Shown in pieces: positions 62,160 through 64,000 of a stretch of DNA of 64,000 bases. The DNA comes from Phoronis australis (lineage: Eukaryota; Animalia; Phoronida). The stretch spans positions 124,001-188,000 of the forward strand of contig NMRA01000587.1 of assembly GCA_002633005.1 (NCBI GenBank), read 5' to 3'. How positions within the stretch are numbered: the first letter of the stretch is position 1; every line of letters starts with the position of its first letter. Position numbers and translations under genes: made by a program. The notes under the pieces were generated by a model. That model saw only the letters and a program-made list of their open reading frames with translations, did no database searches and was not told the origin of the DNA.

Positions 62160-64000
62160 CTGCGCACTAACGTAATGTTTACTACACATTAAGAACTGAT
62201 GTTGTGATATCAGAGTAATCACTAAGCGGAGCTTTTGGATTGCTGGTGACATAGAGGTCAATCCAGGACCAGTCATTCAGGCTTCAGTCTGCTTCAACAT
62301 CAACAGTATCAAGGCGAACAATTTTTCAAGATTTGAAACCTTCAAGCAATTATTATAGATAAAAAGGACATGGTCATAGCCATATTGAATCTGGAACACT
62401 GTCAGAAGACAACCTCAGTGCACTCATTATTTCAGAATACAGCATTGCCCACGACGCTCATGCCGGGAGGGGGTTGAACTTGTTTGTCCACAACTTCGTA
62501 AATTACAAAACAATTGATAATAAAATTATACAATCAATGAATAACTGATGGATAAAATTTTATGTCAACCACAAGAAGGTATATTGTGTTTTTTCTATCG
62601 CTCACCCTCACAGACGTCCCATGAATGTAAAGCATATTTCAAGACCTTTTCAGAACAATTGCAAGAACTCTCACAAATTAATAAAACAATTGTTACCAAA
62701 GGGGATTTCAACGCAAGAAATAGTACTTGACAATGACAACCAAGCCGGTCTCGAATTATTCGATATTCTCCTCTCAAATGACTGTGTAAAACTAATAAAC
62801 GAACCGACAACTTAATTTATGTATTACAAACAATCTCAGATTAATTGATACCACTTAAGTTAGACCTCCCATTGGTAACACAGAGCGCCAGGTTCACACT
62901 CAGCTGCTAACCTAAAGAACCAGACATTATCAAAAAGATCTGGAATTAAAACCTTATTGACATGGACAAACTGCGCACTGACATAACCACATTTAACTGG
63001 ACTGACATACTGAAAAAAGTGGCATAAATGACGCAGTCTCAACATTCACACAGTCACACTACAACAGATAATAATATCCCATTAACCATTAAAACAATAA
63101 AAAACAAGAACAAACCGCTGTTTAAAAATAATTCTGAAATAAATAAAAGAAATATACTGTACAGATAGTTCAGAAAATCAAATAACCCGTGCACGTTTAA
63201 GTGCTACAAAGGATAGTGCAAGAATGTGGAAGAACTAATTAAAAAGACAAAACAAGACTATAAGATGAAAATTATATGCAACGTCAATATTCTCTCCAAA
63301 AAATCTGAGGCATAGTGGGATATAGTAAACAAAATTCGAAGACAGCTAAAGCAATCGTCATACTAAAACATCCACTCAAAGGAATTCAATACTCACGCGT
63401 CACCAAAAACTAACATAGTAAATTATTTCTAGAATACTTCCCCGCCAAGAGTCACATTGCGCCAACAACAAACTTTCCGGAATTCCCAAACAGATCATTA
63501 GAACACCTCTCTGACGTACAAGCCCAACCACTTGAAGTCCAAAAACTACAAGAAAACATCGACGAGAACACAAACAACGATAGCAATCTAATAACCAATA
63601 AAGTAATCAAGATAATAGCAAGGGAGCTTACAGTACCTCTGACAACATTATATCACAAAATCCTGCAATCTGGAAATTTTCTGGAAACTTGTCAACTATA
63701 GCCCCATAATTCTACGTAAAAAATTATTCAAAATTATTTCTCAACACAGGTTTGGCCACCTCTCTTCACAAAATCTCAAATATCGTCGCCAATTTGGATT
63801 CGTGCCTGGGAACAGCACTGTGTCCCAAATTACAGAAATTGTACATGACATCCACCTCCAGTTTGAGTAAGGGTACAACACGAGATCCGTATTTTTAAAC
63901 ATTGCGTCAGCTTTTGATGTCGTTCCCCATGATCCAGACACAATAAACTCTAAAACATTCTTATATGCTGAAGACACAGCAATTTTCTATCCAATCTGAA
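62160..64000 (+). mobile_element. Decayed APE-type non-LTR retrotransposon (CR1/L2-like) ORF2, running off the window
   Basis: GDIEVNPGP, then endonuclease remnants (CFNINSIK, GDFNAR, LINEPT) and RT remnants (QFGFVPGNSTVSQITEIVHDI, VFLNIASAFDVVPH). Many stops and frameshifts. Confidence 0.88.

Overview
AT-rich eukaryotic DNA with GT-AG introns and many MITEs, SINEs and retroelements, most consistent with a marine invertebrate animal. The left half (1-29.4 kb) is a compact housekeeping cluster of two head-to-head pairs: SERF(-)/SUB1(+) and MOCS2(-)/SNAPC3(+). I rebuilt all exons by hand with consistent splice phases. MOCS2 encodes both molybdopterin synthase subunits as non-overlapping ORFs, and its 21-nt first coding exon is in frame with both. 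The middle holds two intronless paralogous 7TM proteins (33.0-33.9 and 38.2-39.1 kb) with no recognisable GPCR motifs. The right half holds a multi-exon class A GPCR (-) with a decayed first exon, a decayed Gypsy element with Gmr1-type domain order (integrase before RT), and a decayed APE-type LINE with a 2A-like DIEVNPGP motif. Three DNA-transposon insertions with hAT-like ends have 5-bp target-site duplications. Most short ORFs in the supplied track look spurious.
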